Of a DNA stretch of 64,000 bases, positions 48,543 through 59,925 are shown piece after piece. The stretch is from Chiloscyllium plagiosum (lineage: Eukaryota): positions 7,481,766 to 7,545,765 of the forward strand of contig NC_057718.1 in the NCBI RefSeq assembly GCF_004010195.1, in the 5' to 3' direction. Position numbers and translations under genes: made by a program. The notes beneath the pieces are model-generated. The model ran no database searches and was not told the DNA's origin. It saw only the letters and a list, made by a program, of their open reading frames with translations. Numbering within the stretch: position 1 is the stretch's first letter; each line of letters opens with the position of its first letter.

Positions 48543-50109
48543 GTAGGTAAATTACGTGTGTTGTGCATTTCTTTGAGTCAGTTCGGCTCACTGTGCAATT
48601 CATAATCAGGAGGCCTTCTTACCAGACTGTTAATTTTGTTTTTTATTTAAATCCACGCTTCACGAGTTTAAAGTTGCAGGGAATCCTCTGGAGTTTAAAT
48701 GCTATTTTTAAGCAAAAAAAAAAATCAGCCAGCAAATATACGCTGTGCCAGTCAGTCAGTCAGTCAGTCGGTTTCACACACCAAGCCTGAACAGCAGTGC
48801 AATTGGCTGACTTTTCCCCTTCCCACCCGGTCTTCCTGTTCCAGGAACAGGTACTTCTTTTTAAAATATGATACAGAGGCAAAAGGACGAGGCGATGGTG
48901 GATTTACAGTTGCTAAGGAGCTGGTGCAGGGGGAGGGAGATCTATAATTAGAGGCAAGAGATGGGTCGTCAGCAAGTTCAAAATGTAAAGGCAGAACTGT
49001 TGGCTCTTAGTTTTGTTTTCGTGTAGGCACTGTGTAGGTGGGGGGAAGCTTTGCTTTATAATTTTCCTCCTCAGCACCCCCCCTCCCCTCCCCACCAAGC
49101 CTTTCCTGGTATATATGGACAGGGCAGAAGATGGTTTAACCTTGTGTCCGGATTGCGTTTCCTAGGAGGGTGGGGTTTTGGGGGAGTGGGTGGTGAGAAC
49201 ACAGCAGTTAGCTTAGAAGCATGAGAGAAAGCATTCTATATCTGCACCTGTTTTTTGTTGCTAATAATGTGCCAGCCCCCTTTCTAAATAATTGTCTGTA
49301 GCACTAGGGAGCCTAAAGCAGAGATTGGCTGCTCTCTTATAGACTGTGTTTTAGCTGGTTTAAGTTTTTTTTTTAAAAAGTGACACCATACGTTTTTCCC
49401 AAGGGGCTGGGTTAGCAAATGCATTATCCACCCCAATGTCAGTGCACTCCCTCCTGCTGTTGGCCGCCCCAGCCTCAGGCATATTGAAGGTGCTGACTCA
49501 TGCTAGGGATATAACCAACCTCTCACAGCTGGACATGCTTCATAATGTGTCTGGATGGGGCATGTTGCAGTACTGTGTGTCTCAAGTTATTGCATTGTAT
49601 GTGTGCAACTTGTGTATATTTTTGTGTGCACGGGTTAGATATGGGCACCTATGTACGTCTGTGCATACTGCACAAATCTGTATATAAGCACATTTTGTAG
49701 GTATATTTATGAATGCAAGACACTGCCAAAAGGAAAGACAGAGGTTTATAAAGTGACCCTCATGTATAAAGACATCCCCAATATACTTCTCAGGAGTGTT
49801 ATCTAGTAGTAAACCATCTACAGTATAAAGAAATTGGGCCAGATTACCAAAACAGGTAGGTTTTAAGGTGTGCCTTAAAGAAGGATTAAGCCAGAAAGAT
49901 TTAGGAAGGGAATTTCTGAATGTAGGGTCCAGGCAGCAGTTGGCAAGGAGTGCAAATGATTGGAGCCAGGCAGGTGTCTGTGAGTGTTGTAGATCTGGAA
50001 GAGATTAGAGGCAAGGATGGATGAGCTGAGGGATGTGTTTGGATTAAATGATGGAAGTTTTACCATTGAAATGTTGAAATGGATGGTATTATAGGTCAGT
50101 GAACATGGT

Positions 50110-50520
50110 GGGAGAGTACTGAAACTAAAGCAGCACAAGGTGTTAGTGAGAGCACATCTGGAGTATTGTGTACAGTTTTGGTTCCCTTACCTGAGGAGGG
50201 ATGTAGTTGTGTTGGAGGCAGTTCAGATGAGGTTCACTAGATTGATCCCAGAGATGAGGAGAGAGAGTTTATGCCTACATTCTGTCGAGTTTGGAAGAAT
50301 GAGAGGAGATCGAATTGAGGTACAGAAGGTGCTAAAGGGGATTGACAAAGTAGAGGTAGAGAGGATGTCTCCTCATGTGGGACAATCCAGACCGAGAGTG
50401 ATTTAAGATAAGGGGTGTGGCAGATTTAAAACAGAGGTGAGAAATTACTGCTCTCAAAGAGGCATGAATCTGTGGAATTCACTCTCCCAGAGCGCTGGGA
50501 CTTTGAATACATTTGGAAGA
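50110..50520 (+). mobile_element. Old CR1 fragment
   Basis: ORF 50140..50406 LVRAHLEYCVQFWFPYLRRDVVVLEAVQMRFTRLIP. Confidence 0.85.
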
Positions 50521-51454
50521 GGAGATAGACAGACAGATTTTAAATGAATAATGGGTTTATCGCCACTTCTCTTGACCCCTGCACTGCAAGTGATTTGACA
50601 GGCTGCGTAACATTTATTACCATGTCACGTTATTTACAGTATGGGAATGAGCATGTGGAAGCATTGCGGAAAGATGCAGTTGAGTTATAAGATTAATTGT
50701 GATCTTTTTCAATAGTGGAACAGCTTCAGTTTTACTTTATTCTTTCGTCAAATATGGGCATCACTCGCAAGGCCAGCATTTAGGAGTCAGATTGGCACTT
50801 AAATAAATGGCTGACTCAAACATGTCAGAGGGCTGTTGTGAGTCAAGTGCTTTGCTGTGGAGTCACATGTCGGCCAGACAGGATAAGGATCGAAGATTTC
50901 CTTCCCCTTAAAGGACATTGGTGAAACAGATGAGTTGACAATATTGCCGTTACTGAGATTATCTTCCATAAATTGGTGAGATTCGCAGATATATCCCAGA
51001 GCATTAAATTGTGCCTTTAATCTAGTGACATTAGCACTGTGCCAAAAAATCAAATCAAATGACCTGCTCCAGCTCCTGTTTCTGACCTTATTGTCTCTCC
51101 CATCCAGCGCCAAACAAACAGAAACCTCCCCAATTACACATGCGGATGATCAAAGCTATTGTCTTTCGCGTGGGTCACAATTTCCATTCATTCCATTTGT
51201 CTCCTGTGTTGTCACTCGAGGGTGGACCAATGCTTGCATCCTTGGCCCTGAGCATGAGCTTCCCATGTTCTCCACATCTGAGATTGCCCACCCATCCCAG
51301 GCCAACTGCTGTTGAAGCATTTGTTCATGCTGACCCTCCCTCAAGCTTCAATCATACCACCGTGCCTATGGTCAGCCTCCCTACCCTCCACAAGTTTAAA
51401 CACTTTAATCTCTTAAATCTGCACCTGCCTGACACCAAGTTCCATTCATCTGTA

Positions 51455-52500
51455 AGATCTAGGAGCAGGAGTAGGCTATTCAGCCCCTTGAGCCTGCTCT
51501 ACCATTTAATAGGATCGTGGCTGATCTCATTTTGGCCTCTTGCCTGTCCACTCCCCATAACCCTGAAACTCACTGCTAATGAAAAATCTGTCTATCTCCT
51601 TCAATTTACTGTGTCCCAGCATCCACCATACACTGGGTGGGTGAAGTCCACAGATTCATGACCCTTTTGGGAGAAGTAATTTCTCCTCATCTCTGTTTAA
51701 ATTGGCTGCCCCTTATCCTCATGATTGTTCTAGAGTGTCCCACATGAAGCAGCTAAGTCTATGTTGTCAATTCCCCTTTAGAATCTTCCATACCTCACTT
51801 AGATCTTTCATTCTTCTAAGTGCGAGAGATTATCGGCCTAAACTGGTCAATCTCTCTTCTTAAGACAAACCCATTGTCTTTGGAATCAATCTAATGAGCC
51901 TCCTCTGAACTGCCTCCAATACATTTACATTCTTCCACAAGTAAGGGGAACCATAACTGCATTCAGTATTCCATGTGTGGTCTCTCCAATGCCTTGTACG
52001 TTTGCAGCAACACTTGATTATGCTTAGACTCTGTTACTTTAGCAATAAATGCCAAAATGCAATTTGCCATATTACCTGCTGTACCTGGGTAGTACTTATC
52101 TACAGTTCATGCGTGAGGACACCCAGAACCCTCTGCACTGTAGCACTCCGAAGTTTCCCTGCATTTGGATAATAAGTTGCCTTTCTAGTCCTCAGACCAA
52201 AATGGATAACCTCTCACTTGTTCATGTTAAAACTCCATCAGCCAAAACTTGGCCCATTCACCCATCCTATCCATATCTATTTGTAAGTATCGTATTTCAT
52301 TATTGCAACTTACAGTCCCACAAGTCTGAATGTCGTCCTTTTCTATCCCTGCATCCAAGTCCTAGATATAGATTGTAAATGATTAGGGCAAGGGGACTGA
52401 ACTCAGTGGCACCCCATTAGTGCCAACCAGAAAAAGACCCATTCCTCCTGTGTCTCTGCTTCCTGTTGGTTAGCTAATCCTTTATCTAAGCTAATAAATT
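51455..52500 (-). mobile_element. Old CR1 ORF2 3' kilobase, heavily decayed
   Basis: tcctctgaactgcctccaat..ccataactgcattcagtattcca (reverse complement of LEY.MQLW..LEAVQRR); 3' UTR aggagcaggagtaggctattcagcccctt. Confidence 0.72.
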
Positions 52501-53329
52501 ACCCCAACCCCATGTGATCCTAATGGTCAGTTAAACGCTTCCCTTTAATCCCACTGTTTCTTTCACCCAAGGAAAGCCTCCAGCCAGTCAAGTTGTGTCT
52601 TTAAGAGGTTATTTAATGCAAACAACATGCTTTCTAAGTGATGCAGTGCTCCTGTTTATATAATGTGTATACAGACAGATTCCCCTGCAGATTAATACCT
52701 TGTTAACATTCCCTGTCCCAACTCTAATGCGAGGGCTATAGAAGGGCATACACAGTTTTAATATTGATTGCCATGTTCTGTGTAACTGAGTGAACTGTTC
52801 ACTGTTTCTTCTTTAATTCCACTGGGCCAATGTTGGTGAAGTAACCTTTAAAAATAAACAGTATAGTCTGGCTGTGGGGAACCAGTCCAGTTGTACAGTT
52901 TACTGAAGGTGGTCTCGGCTGCTTACCGAAGGTAGATTCCAGATTCCTCTCCATTGACGTGTTGTTACTTCAGAATAAAGTCTCCCCAAAGGAAGGGGAG
53001 GAAGGAGACTGTGGCACAACTTTGTTATCCTATTGAGTATCCTCAGCTGTCTTGATATTCCTACTCAGCAGGCGCCACACTGGGTGTATTCAAGAGGGAA
53101 ACTATATTACCACTCCTTCAGTATAACGGCATCCAACCCCTGCAATGAAGTAGGGACCCTCCATTGTGAGGGTCCCTACTTCACAGCTGTTTAAGTCAGT
53201 GGCTTATCGCTAGCTTCTCCCAGGCACTAAATGCTAGATCCCCCCTAGTGATGCTATCATTCCATGAATTAATTATCATTTTAGCAAAAGCACCCAGGTT
53301 CCTCGAAGTTATAAATATGGGAGATTGAG

Positions 53330-53880
53330 TGCATAGAACACAGTCCAGTTCAGCACAAGAACAGGCCCTTTGGCCAACATGTCTGTACCAACCATGATGC
53401 CATTCTAAACTAATCCCAACGGCCTGCACGTGATCCATATCTCTCTACTCCTTGCCTGTTCATGTGGCTGTCAAATGCCTTCTGAATGTTGCTATTGTAT
53501 CAGCTTCTATCACCTCCCACCTCTGTTTTAAAAACAAACTTGCCATGGTCGTCTCCTTTAATGTTTCCCCTCTCACTTTAAATCCTCTGCCTTCTGCTAT
53601 TTGACATTTCCATCCTGGGGAAAAGACTCCAATTATCCACTCTGTCCATGCCCCTCATAGTTTTATAGACTTCTTTCAGGACTTTACTCAGCCTCCGATG
53701 CTCCAGCAAAAACAATCCAAGTTTGGTAAATCTCTCCAAAGCCTTTACATCCGCCCTAGAGTGTGGCAACCAGCCACACAATATTCCAACTGTGGCTGAA
53801 CTAAAGACTTTTGTACAGCCACACTGTGATATGCCAATCAGTGTACTCCATGACTGACCAATGAAGCCAAGCATGCCTTA
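53330..53880 (-). mobile_element. CR1 3' portion
   Basis: ORF 53578..53874(-) MLGFIGQ..KLGLFLLEHRRL..EVYKTMRGMDRVD. Confidence 0.8.
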
Positions 53881-54364
53881 AGCGAAAAGACTATGATAAA
53901 CCTGTGTAACACACTGGTTCAATGTCACTTGGAACATTGTACCCTGTTCTGGACACTGCATTTGAAGAATGAAGTGAAACGTTTAAGAGTGTGCAGAAAA
54001 AGATTCGTGAGAATGGCTTGAGGGATGAGGGGCAACCAAGGTTACAGGGAAAAGCCAGGAGTGTTGGATCAGCCATGATCCTATTGAATGGCAGAGCAGG
54101 CTTGAGGGGCTGAATGGCCTACTCCTGTTCCTAGTTCTTGTGGTTTTATTATCAGTTGTGTACATGATTTTGGCCAATGAGATGGAGAGAATATGGAACG
54201 ATTTTATTGGAGAAGAGAAGGATGAGGGGAGATTTGTCAGGATCATAGTGGTTCTGGGCAGAGTGTTTGGTGACAAGTAATTCCCCTGGATCACGAAGTA
54301 GAGGACACAGATTGGGCAAAAGCAACAGTGGTCATGCATTTAATACAGTAGGTGGTTAGGATTG

Positions 54365-54575
54365 GAAACAGGCCCTTTGGCCCAACAAGTCCACACCAAC
54401 CCTCCAAAGAGTAACCCACCCAGACCCATTTTCCTCTGACTAATGCACGTAATAGGCAATTTAGCATGGCCAATTCACCTGACCCTCACATCTTTAGACT
54501 GTGGGAGGAAACCGGAGCACCCGGAGGAAACCCACGCAGACACAGGGAGAACGTGCAAATTCCGCACAGACACTC
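54365..54575 (-). mobile_element. HE1-type SINE, 5'-truncated
   Basis: ggaaacaggccctttggcccaacaagtccacacc..gggaggaaaccggagcacccggaggaaacccacgcagacac. Confidence 0.88.
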
Positions 54576-54835
54576 AGTGCATTTCCTGACAGTATGGTGG
54601 AGGCAGATCCAATGACTGGCTTTCAAGGGTGAATTGGATTGTTATCTGGAGAGGAAAATGTAATCAGGCTCCAAGTAAAGTTGGAAATGTGACATTTGAT
54701 GAGTTACCCTTGCAGAGAGCTGACACACAAATTTTGGACCAAATGGCCTCCTACTGTTCTGTAACAATTCTGTATGCCTGTGATGTGGTGAGTGTCTTAC
54801 TATTTAATCCAAAAATTAACCTTCTCTCGGGAAAT

Positions 54836-55172
54836 GGTGGCAGAGTGGCAATGTGATTGGACTAGTAATCCAGGGGCCCAGTTTAATGTTCTGGGGATAT
54901 TGGTCCAAATCCCATCATGGTAGATGGAGGAATTTGAATTCAACAAATAAATCAGGGTCATAAAGCTAGTCTCAATAATGGAGACCAGAATGACTATTGT
55001 TGAAAAAAACCCATCAAGTTCACTAATATCCTTCAAATCTGCCTTCTTTTGCCTTGTCTGGCCTGCATGTAACTCCTGATGCTGCCTGGCTTGCTGTGTT
55101 CTTCCAGCCTCCTGCTTGTCTACATGTAACTCCAGGCCCACAGCAATGTGGTCAATTCTTAACTGCCCTCTA
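54836..55172 (+). mobile_element. tRNA-headed SINE (26545 family) with a 46-bp Penelope-derived insert at 55077-55122
   Basis: 11-bp TSD catgtaactcc at 55066-55076 and 55123-55133; insert gatgctgcctggcttgctgtgttcttccagc resembles family A. Confidence 0.8.
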
Positions 55173-55399
55173 AACAAGGCACACATTAGGAAAAAAAACC
55201 CCAAAAAACATGTTCCTTCTGTATGTTGGCAGAAGCAGAAGGACTTGGATTTGGTCTGACCGCAATCTTCATTAAAATTCTCTTAAGCTAGTTCATGGTA
55301 TAGTTACTCAAGTCTTGAGGGGACTATGCTGAGGATATTGGACTAGAAGGAGCTTGTTCTTTTAAGTTTGGATTCTTCTGTTTTGTTTTAGATTTTTTT

Positions 55400-55709
55400 T
55401 TTAGATTACATTACAGTGTGGAAACAGGCCCTTCGGCCCAACAAGTCCACACCGATCCGCCGAAGCGTAACCCACCTATACCCCTACATTTACCCCTTAC
55501 CTAACACTACGGGCAATTTAGCATGGCCAATTCACCAGACCTGCACATCCTTGGACTGTGGGAGGAAACCGGAGCACCCGGAGGAAACCCACGCAGACAC
55601 GGGGAGAACGTGCAAACTCCACACAGTCAGTCGCCTGAGGCGGGAATTGAACCCGGGTCTCTGGCGCTGTGAGGCAGCAGTGCTAACCACTGTGCCACCA
55701 TGCCGCCCA
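55400..55709 (-). mobile_element. HE1-type SINE, near full length and young (CpGs retained)
   Basis: Reverse complement of 40683-40985 with few differences. Confidence 0.94.
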
Positions 55710-55774
55710 CTTTCTTTAATATGTAAAGTTGCTGCAATTTAAATTTTAATCTACGTTTGCCAATGTTTCTTAGA

Positions 55775-56130
55775 GTCACAGAGTTTTATACATCTACCAC
55801 ACAGAGAAAAGCTCTTCAGCCAATTGTGTCCTTGCCGGTCAAAACTGACCACCTAACCATTCTAATTCCATTTACCAGCACATGGCCCATAGCCTTGTAT
55901 GCTTTGGTATCATCTAAATACTACTTAAGTGTTATGAGAGTTTCTGTCTCTATCACCCTCCTAGATAGCGTGTTACAGTTTCCAACCGTCCTCTAGGTGA
56001 AAAGGTTTCTCCTCATATCTCCTGTAAATCTCCTGCCCCTTGTCTTAAAACTGCGCCCCGGGTCATTGATCTTTTTGTTAAGAGGAGATGTTCTACCCTT
56101 TCCATGCCCCTCATAATTTTAAACATCTTT
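55775..56130 (-). mobile_element. Old CR1 3' end
   Basis: ttccatgcccctcataattt; gtgaaaaggtttctcctc; tail agagtcacagag. Confidence 0.7.
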
Positions 56131-57074
56131 AGGCAGAACCTTCCAAACCCATGGCCATTACTATCTACGAGAACAAAGGTGTAGGTAGGGCAAAGTTTGC
56201 TTTAACTGGCACTTTTGAAATACCGGCAAAAATTTCCATACATCAAATACCGCAGTGTCCGAGTATATATGCAGTAAATAATGTCTAACGGTGACATGTA
56301 TACGTTTTACGTTTCTGCATTACGTTTCTATTCCTTACTGTGATTTGTTTTCTGGAGGGTTAGCATGGTGATGTTTTTACATAGATTTTTTATTTGAGGG
56401 ACGTTAAGTACATGAACAGGAAAGGTTTGGAGGGATATGGGCCCGGAGCAGGCAGGTGGGTCTAGTCTGGTTTGGGATTATGTCCAACATGGACTGGTTA
56501 GACCGAAGGGTCTTTTTCTGTGCTGTATGTCTTGATGTTTATGTCTTTAAGTTTGGTTAGACTTTACTGCGGCTATGCATATCTCTGTTATCCGGAATGT
56601 TTGATCAACCAGCACATCCCTGGTCCCATAGGTTATGGTTATTAAAAAGTTCATCGACCATAAAGTATCTCCATGTCTAGCAGCCCTTCACCGCCACCTT
56701 CTCCAAGCTGGTTTAGGGATGGGCAATAAATGACAGTCTAGCCAACAATGGCCACATTTCATGAATGAGTCTAAAAAATACGTTAGACTTTGCTGAACAT
56801 CAGCTTGTTCTGACCTTTCTCTTGCACCGAGAAGCGGTCAGTCACAGCTTCTGCCAAAGCTGGTCTCGATCTCCCGCCTGGTGAACAGTTAACAATGGTT
56901 TCGTGGTCATTCAGATTCACAAGCCCAGATAGCTGTCACCATCAAATTCCACAATCTGCTGTGGCAAGATTTGAACCTGGGAACCCAGATCATTAGCTGA
57001 GTTCCTGCATCAATAGCTTTACAATATTATCGTTCAGCCTGCTCAAGCTCTGGGAGGGGATGGGCATATAGTCG

Positions 57075-57425
57075 TTAGAATATAGAAGCATGAGAGGTGA
57101 TCTTGTTAAAATGTACAAGATCCTGAGGGGATTTGACAGGTTAGGTGCAGCAAAGTTGTTTGGAGAAAACAGGACTAGAGGGCATTATCTCACAGTGAGA
57201 CAGAGATGTTGAGGATGAATTGCTTCTCTGAGGGTATTGAGAGAGCTGTCAAGGCTGGATGATTAGGTATGTCCAAAGCTCAATGAGACAATCAGTGAAG
57301 AAATAAAGGGTAATGGGGCAAAGCCAGGAAAGTGGAGTTGAAGATTATCAAATCCACCATCATCTCATTGAATGGCAGAGCAGACTCGATGGTTGAGTGG
57401 CCTGTTTCTGCACCTATGACTTTTG
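57075..57425 (+). mobile_element. Old CR1 3' end
   Basis: atgagaggtgatcttgttaaaatgtacaagatcctgaggggatttgacagg; ggactagagggca. Confidence 0.72.
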
Positions 57426-57512
57426 GTGTTATATGGACCTGAGTAAGCAGATGAGAACTTGGGTTAACATCTCCTCTGAAAGACAGTGTGGCGATCCCTC
57501 TGTACTGCATTT

Positions 57513-57791
57513 TATTAGATTCCCTACAGTGTGGAAAGAGGCCCATTGGCCCAACAAGTCCACACCGACCCTCCAAAGACTTACGCACCTAAACTATGGG
57601 CAATTTAGCATGGCCACTTCACCTGGCCTGCACATTTTTGGACTGTGGGAGGAAACCAGAGTATCCGGAGGAAACCTATGCAGACACAGGGAGAATGTGC
57701 AAACTCCACACACACAGTCGCCCAATGCTGGAAATGAACCTGGGACCCTGGTACTGTGAGGCAGCAGTTCTAACCACTGAGCCACCGTGCC
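57513..57791 (-). mobile_element. HE1-type SINE
   Basis: ctgtgaggcagcagttctaaccactgagccaccgtgcc head. Confidence 0.9.
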
Positions 57792-58041
57792 TGTAGTGGA
57801 GTGTCAGCTCTGATTTTTCAGTCAGAATCATTGCTGCCAAATTCCACTATTCCATCTCGTGCCACACCGGGATTTCATCTCTCATTCCCTCTCACCAGGT
57901 AGATTACTTTTTAAAAAATGGTGCCTAGCCCAGATTCCCTGTAATTACTATTTTCTGGGAATGAAGAGAGACTCCAGGAGGAGGGCACCAGGGCCAAAAT
58001 TGCAGCTTTTTACAATTCCAGATTGACTTACAATTGTCAAC

Positions 58042-58200
58042 ATTTGGAGATGCCGGTGCTGGACTGGGTTGACAAAGTTTAAAAATTGCACAACACCAGG
58101 TTATAGCCAACAGGTTTAATTGGAAGCACTAGCTTTCGGAGCGCTGCTCCTTCACCAGGTGGTTGGACTATAACCTGGTGTTGTGTGATTTTTAACTTTG
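58042..58200. mobile_element. Penelope-derived fold-back insert, family B
   Basis: 13-bp TSD tacaattgtcaac at 58029-58041 and 58201-58213; minus-strand core cctggtgaaggagcagcgctccgaaagcta (one core substitution). Confidence 0.88.
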
Positions 58201-58329
58201 TACAATTGTCAACTGCAGCATTTTGTGTTGGTGTTCAAAGGAGCTATACCACAAGTATATTTCCTCTTTCAACCTCTGCAAGTATCTAAACTATGTGCAA
58301 TTATATTATCCAAAGTTGTCTGAGGAATC

Positions 58330-58600
58330 ATGATGAGTTGCTGTGGCGCATCTTGTAGATGGTACAGTCTGCTGTGACTGAGTGTTGGTGGTGGTGGGAG
58401 TGGATGTGGTGCCAATCAAGTGGGCTACTTTGTCCTGGATGGTGACAAGCTATGAGAGTATTGTTGGAGCTGCCCCTATCCAGGCAAGTGGGGAGTATTC
58501 CATCACATTCCTGACTTGTGTCTTGTAGATGGTGGACAGGCTCTGGTGATTCAGGAGATGAGTTACTCTTTTCAGACACCCAGCTTCTGATATGTTGCCA
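58330..58600 (-). mobile_element. L2/CR1-group LINE fragment
   Basis: Homologous to 5400-5640 and 42940-43200 (atccaggcaagtggggagtattccatcaca). Confidence 0.78.
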
Positions 58601-59369
58601 CAGGAGTTATGGAGCTAAAATTTCTGGTCTGCCAGGCAGAATTTTGCACTGCGTTAACTCAACTGTTTTGTTTGTTTTTTTTTTCAAAATCGTTGCATAG
58701 CATGCTAGGTTCTTCCTGATTGAAACTTTGGGTGTGTCTTGGTGAAAGTTTTTTTGTTTTAGCGCAATGAGATGCTAGTGGTTACAGATATGTTACTAGT
58801 TGTGGTAGATACGGGTGTGAGGGAGAAGACTGGAATTTGAGGTGATAAATTAAGTTCAACACAATATTGAAACACTGATTCTCTTCACATGCCCAACCCT
58901 TGCCCAACACTCCATCCCCAATGTCTCAATGGATTAGGAAATCCTACAAATGCCCGCTGATATAACCCCATGCATTGGCATTACTAAAGCAGTTTTATCT
59001 GCGCTGTATTAAAACACTGAGGCCTCATTTCAAGTTCTCCTCTGTTTCTCTCTCAACCAAAACCACACTGTTACAACCTAATGGACTCTGCTTTCTGTTT
59101 TGGCTTTCTTGAAAGAAATACCCCGTTTTGATGCCCACATCTGGGTTAAAAGTGCACAGAGTTTTCCATCGCCTTGTCCCCTCGAATTGTGAACTTATCC
59201 CACCCTTACCTTCTTTTGGTAGGTGCCTGCCTCTTTACCTGGGAATGTGCTCTTCCAGCTTTTCTGTTGCAGCGATGGGCAAGTGCAAACATATTGCCAT
59301 ATTTAATTTGTACTGATTCTGTGCTGTCATTTTGGCACTTTACCTGCTCTGGCCTTTAGTTTGAGACAA

Positions 59370-59570
59370 CTTGGAGAACTGCAGATACTGGAGAGTCCGA
59401 GACGATGAAAAGTGGTGCTGGACAAAGCACCACAGGTCAGGTGGCATCCGAGGAGCAGGGGAGTCAACGTCTCGGGTCGGAGGACTGAGGGAGGGAAAGG
59501 GGGCTGAGAAATAAATAGAGGGAGGGGAGTGAGGCTGGAGGAAAGGGGTGTTTGCAGGTGGGAGGTGAAA
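59370..59570 (-). mobile_element. Penelope (family A-related) 3' fragment
   Basis: ctgcagatactggaga..gtggtgctggacaaagcac..aggtcaggtggcatccgaggagcagggg agtcaacgt, followed by a purine-rich tract complementary to the type seen at 28720-28910. Confidence 0.7.
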
Positions 59571-59784
59571 GAGCATTCTAGAATAAATACTTAGCAGACC
59601 AGAGAATGTCAATCCAGAAGTCACTTTGGCAATTTAAGAAACCTGACTATGAACACTTCAACTCAATACCAACAAACAAGATCCCAACAGATTCACTAAT
59701 GCTCTTTTCCACTCTTTCCTGATCTGACCAATGTGTGACTGTAGCCTTTTCTCTGAAGTGGCATTTGATGAGCACGTTACTTAT

Positions 59785-59925
59785 CGGGGGACATAAATTT
59801 AAGGTGAAGGGTGGAAGGTATAGGGGAGATGTCAGGGGTGGGTTCTTTACCCAGAGAGTGGTGGGGGCATGGAATGCGCTGCCCGTGGGAGTGGTAGAGT
59901 CGGAATCATTGGCGACCTTTAAGCG
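59785..59925 (+). mobile_element. CR1 C-terminal fragment
   Basis: GGHKFKVKGGRYRGDVRGGFFTQRVVGAWNALP..LATFKR. Confidence 0.85.

Noticed and set aside
56185..56660. Possible decayed Tigger-like DNA transposon around a CR1 tail (56400-56530)
   Set aside because: Terminal inverted repeats and TA duplication could not be defined.
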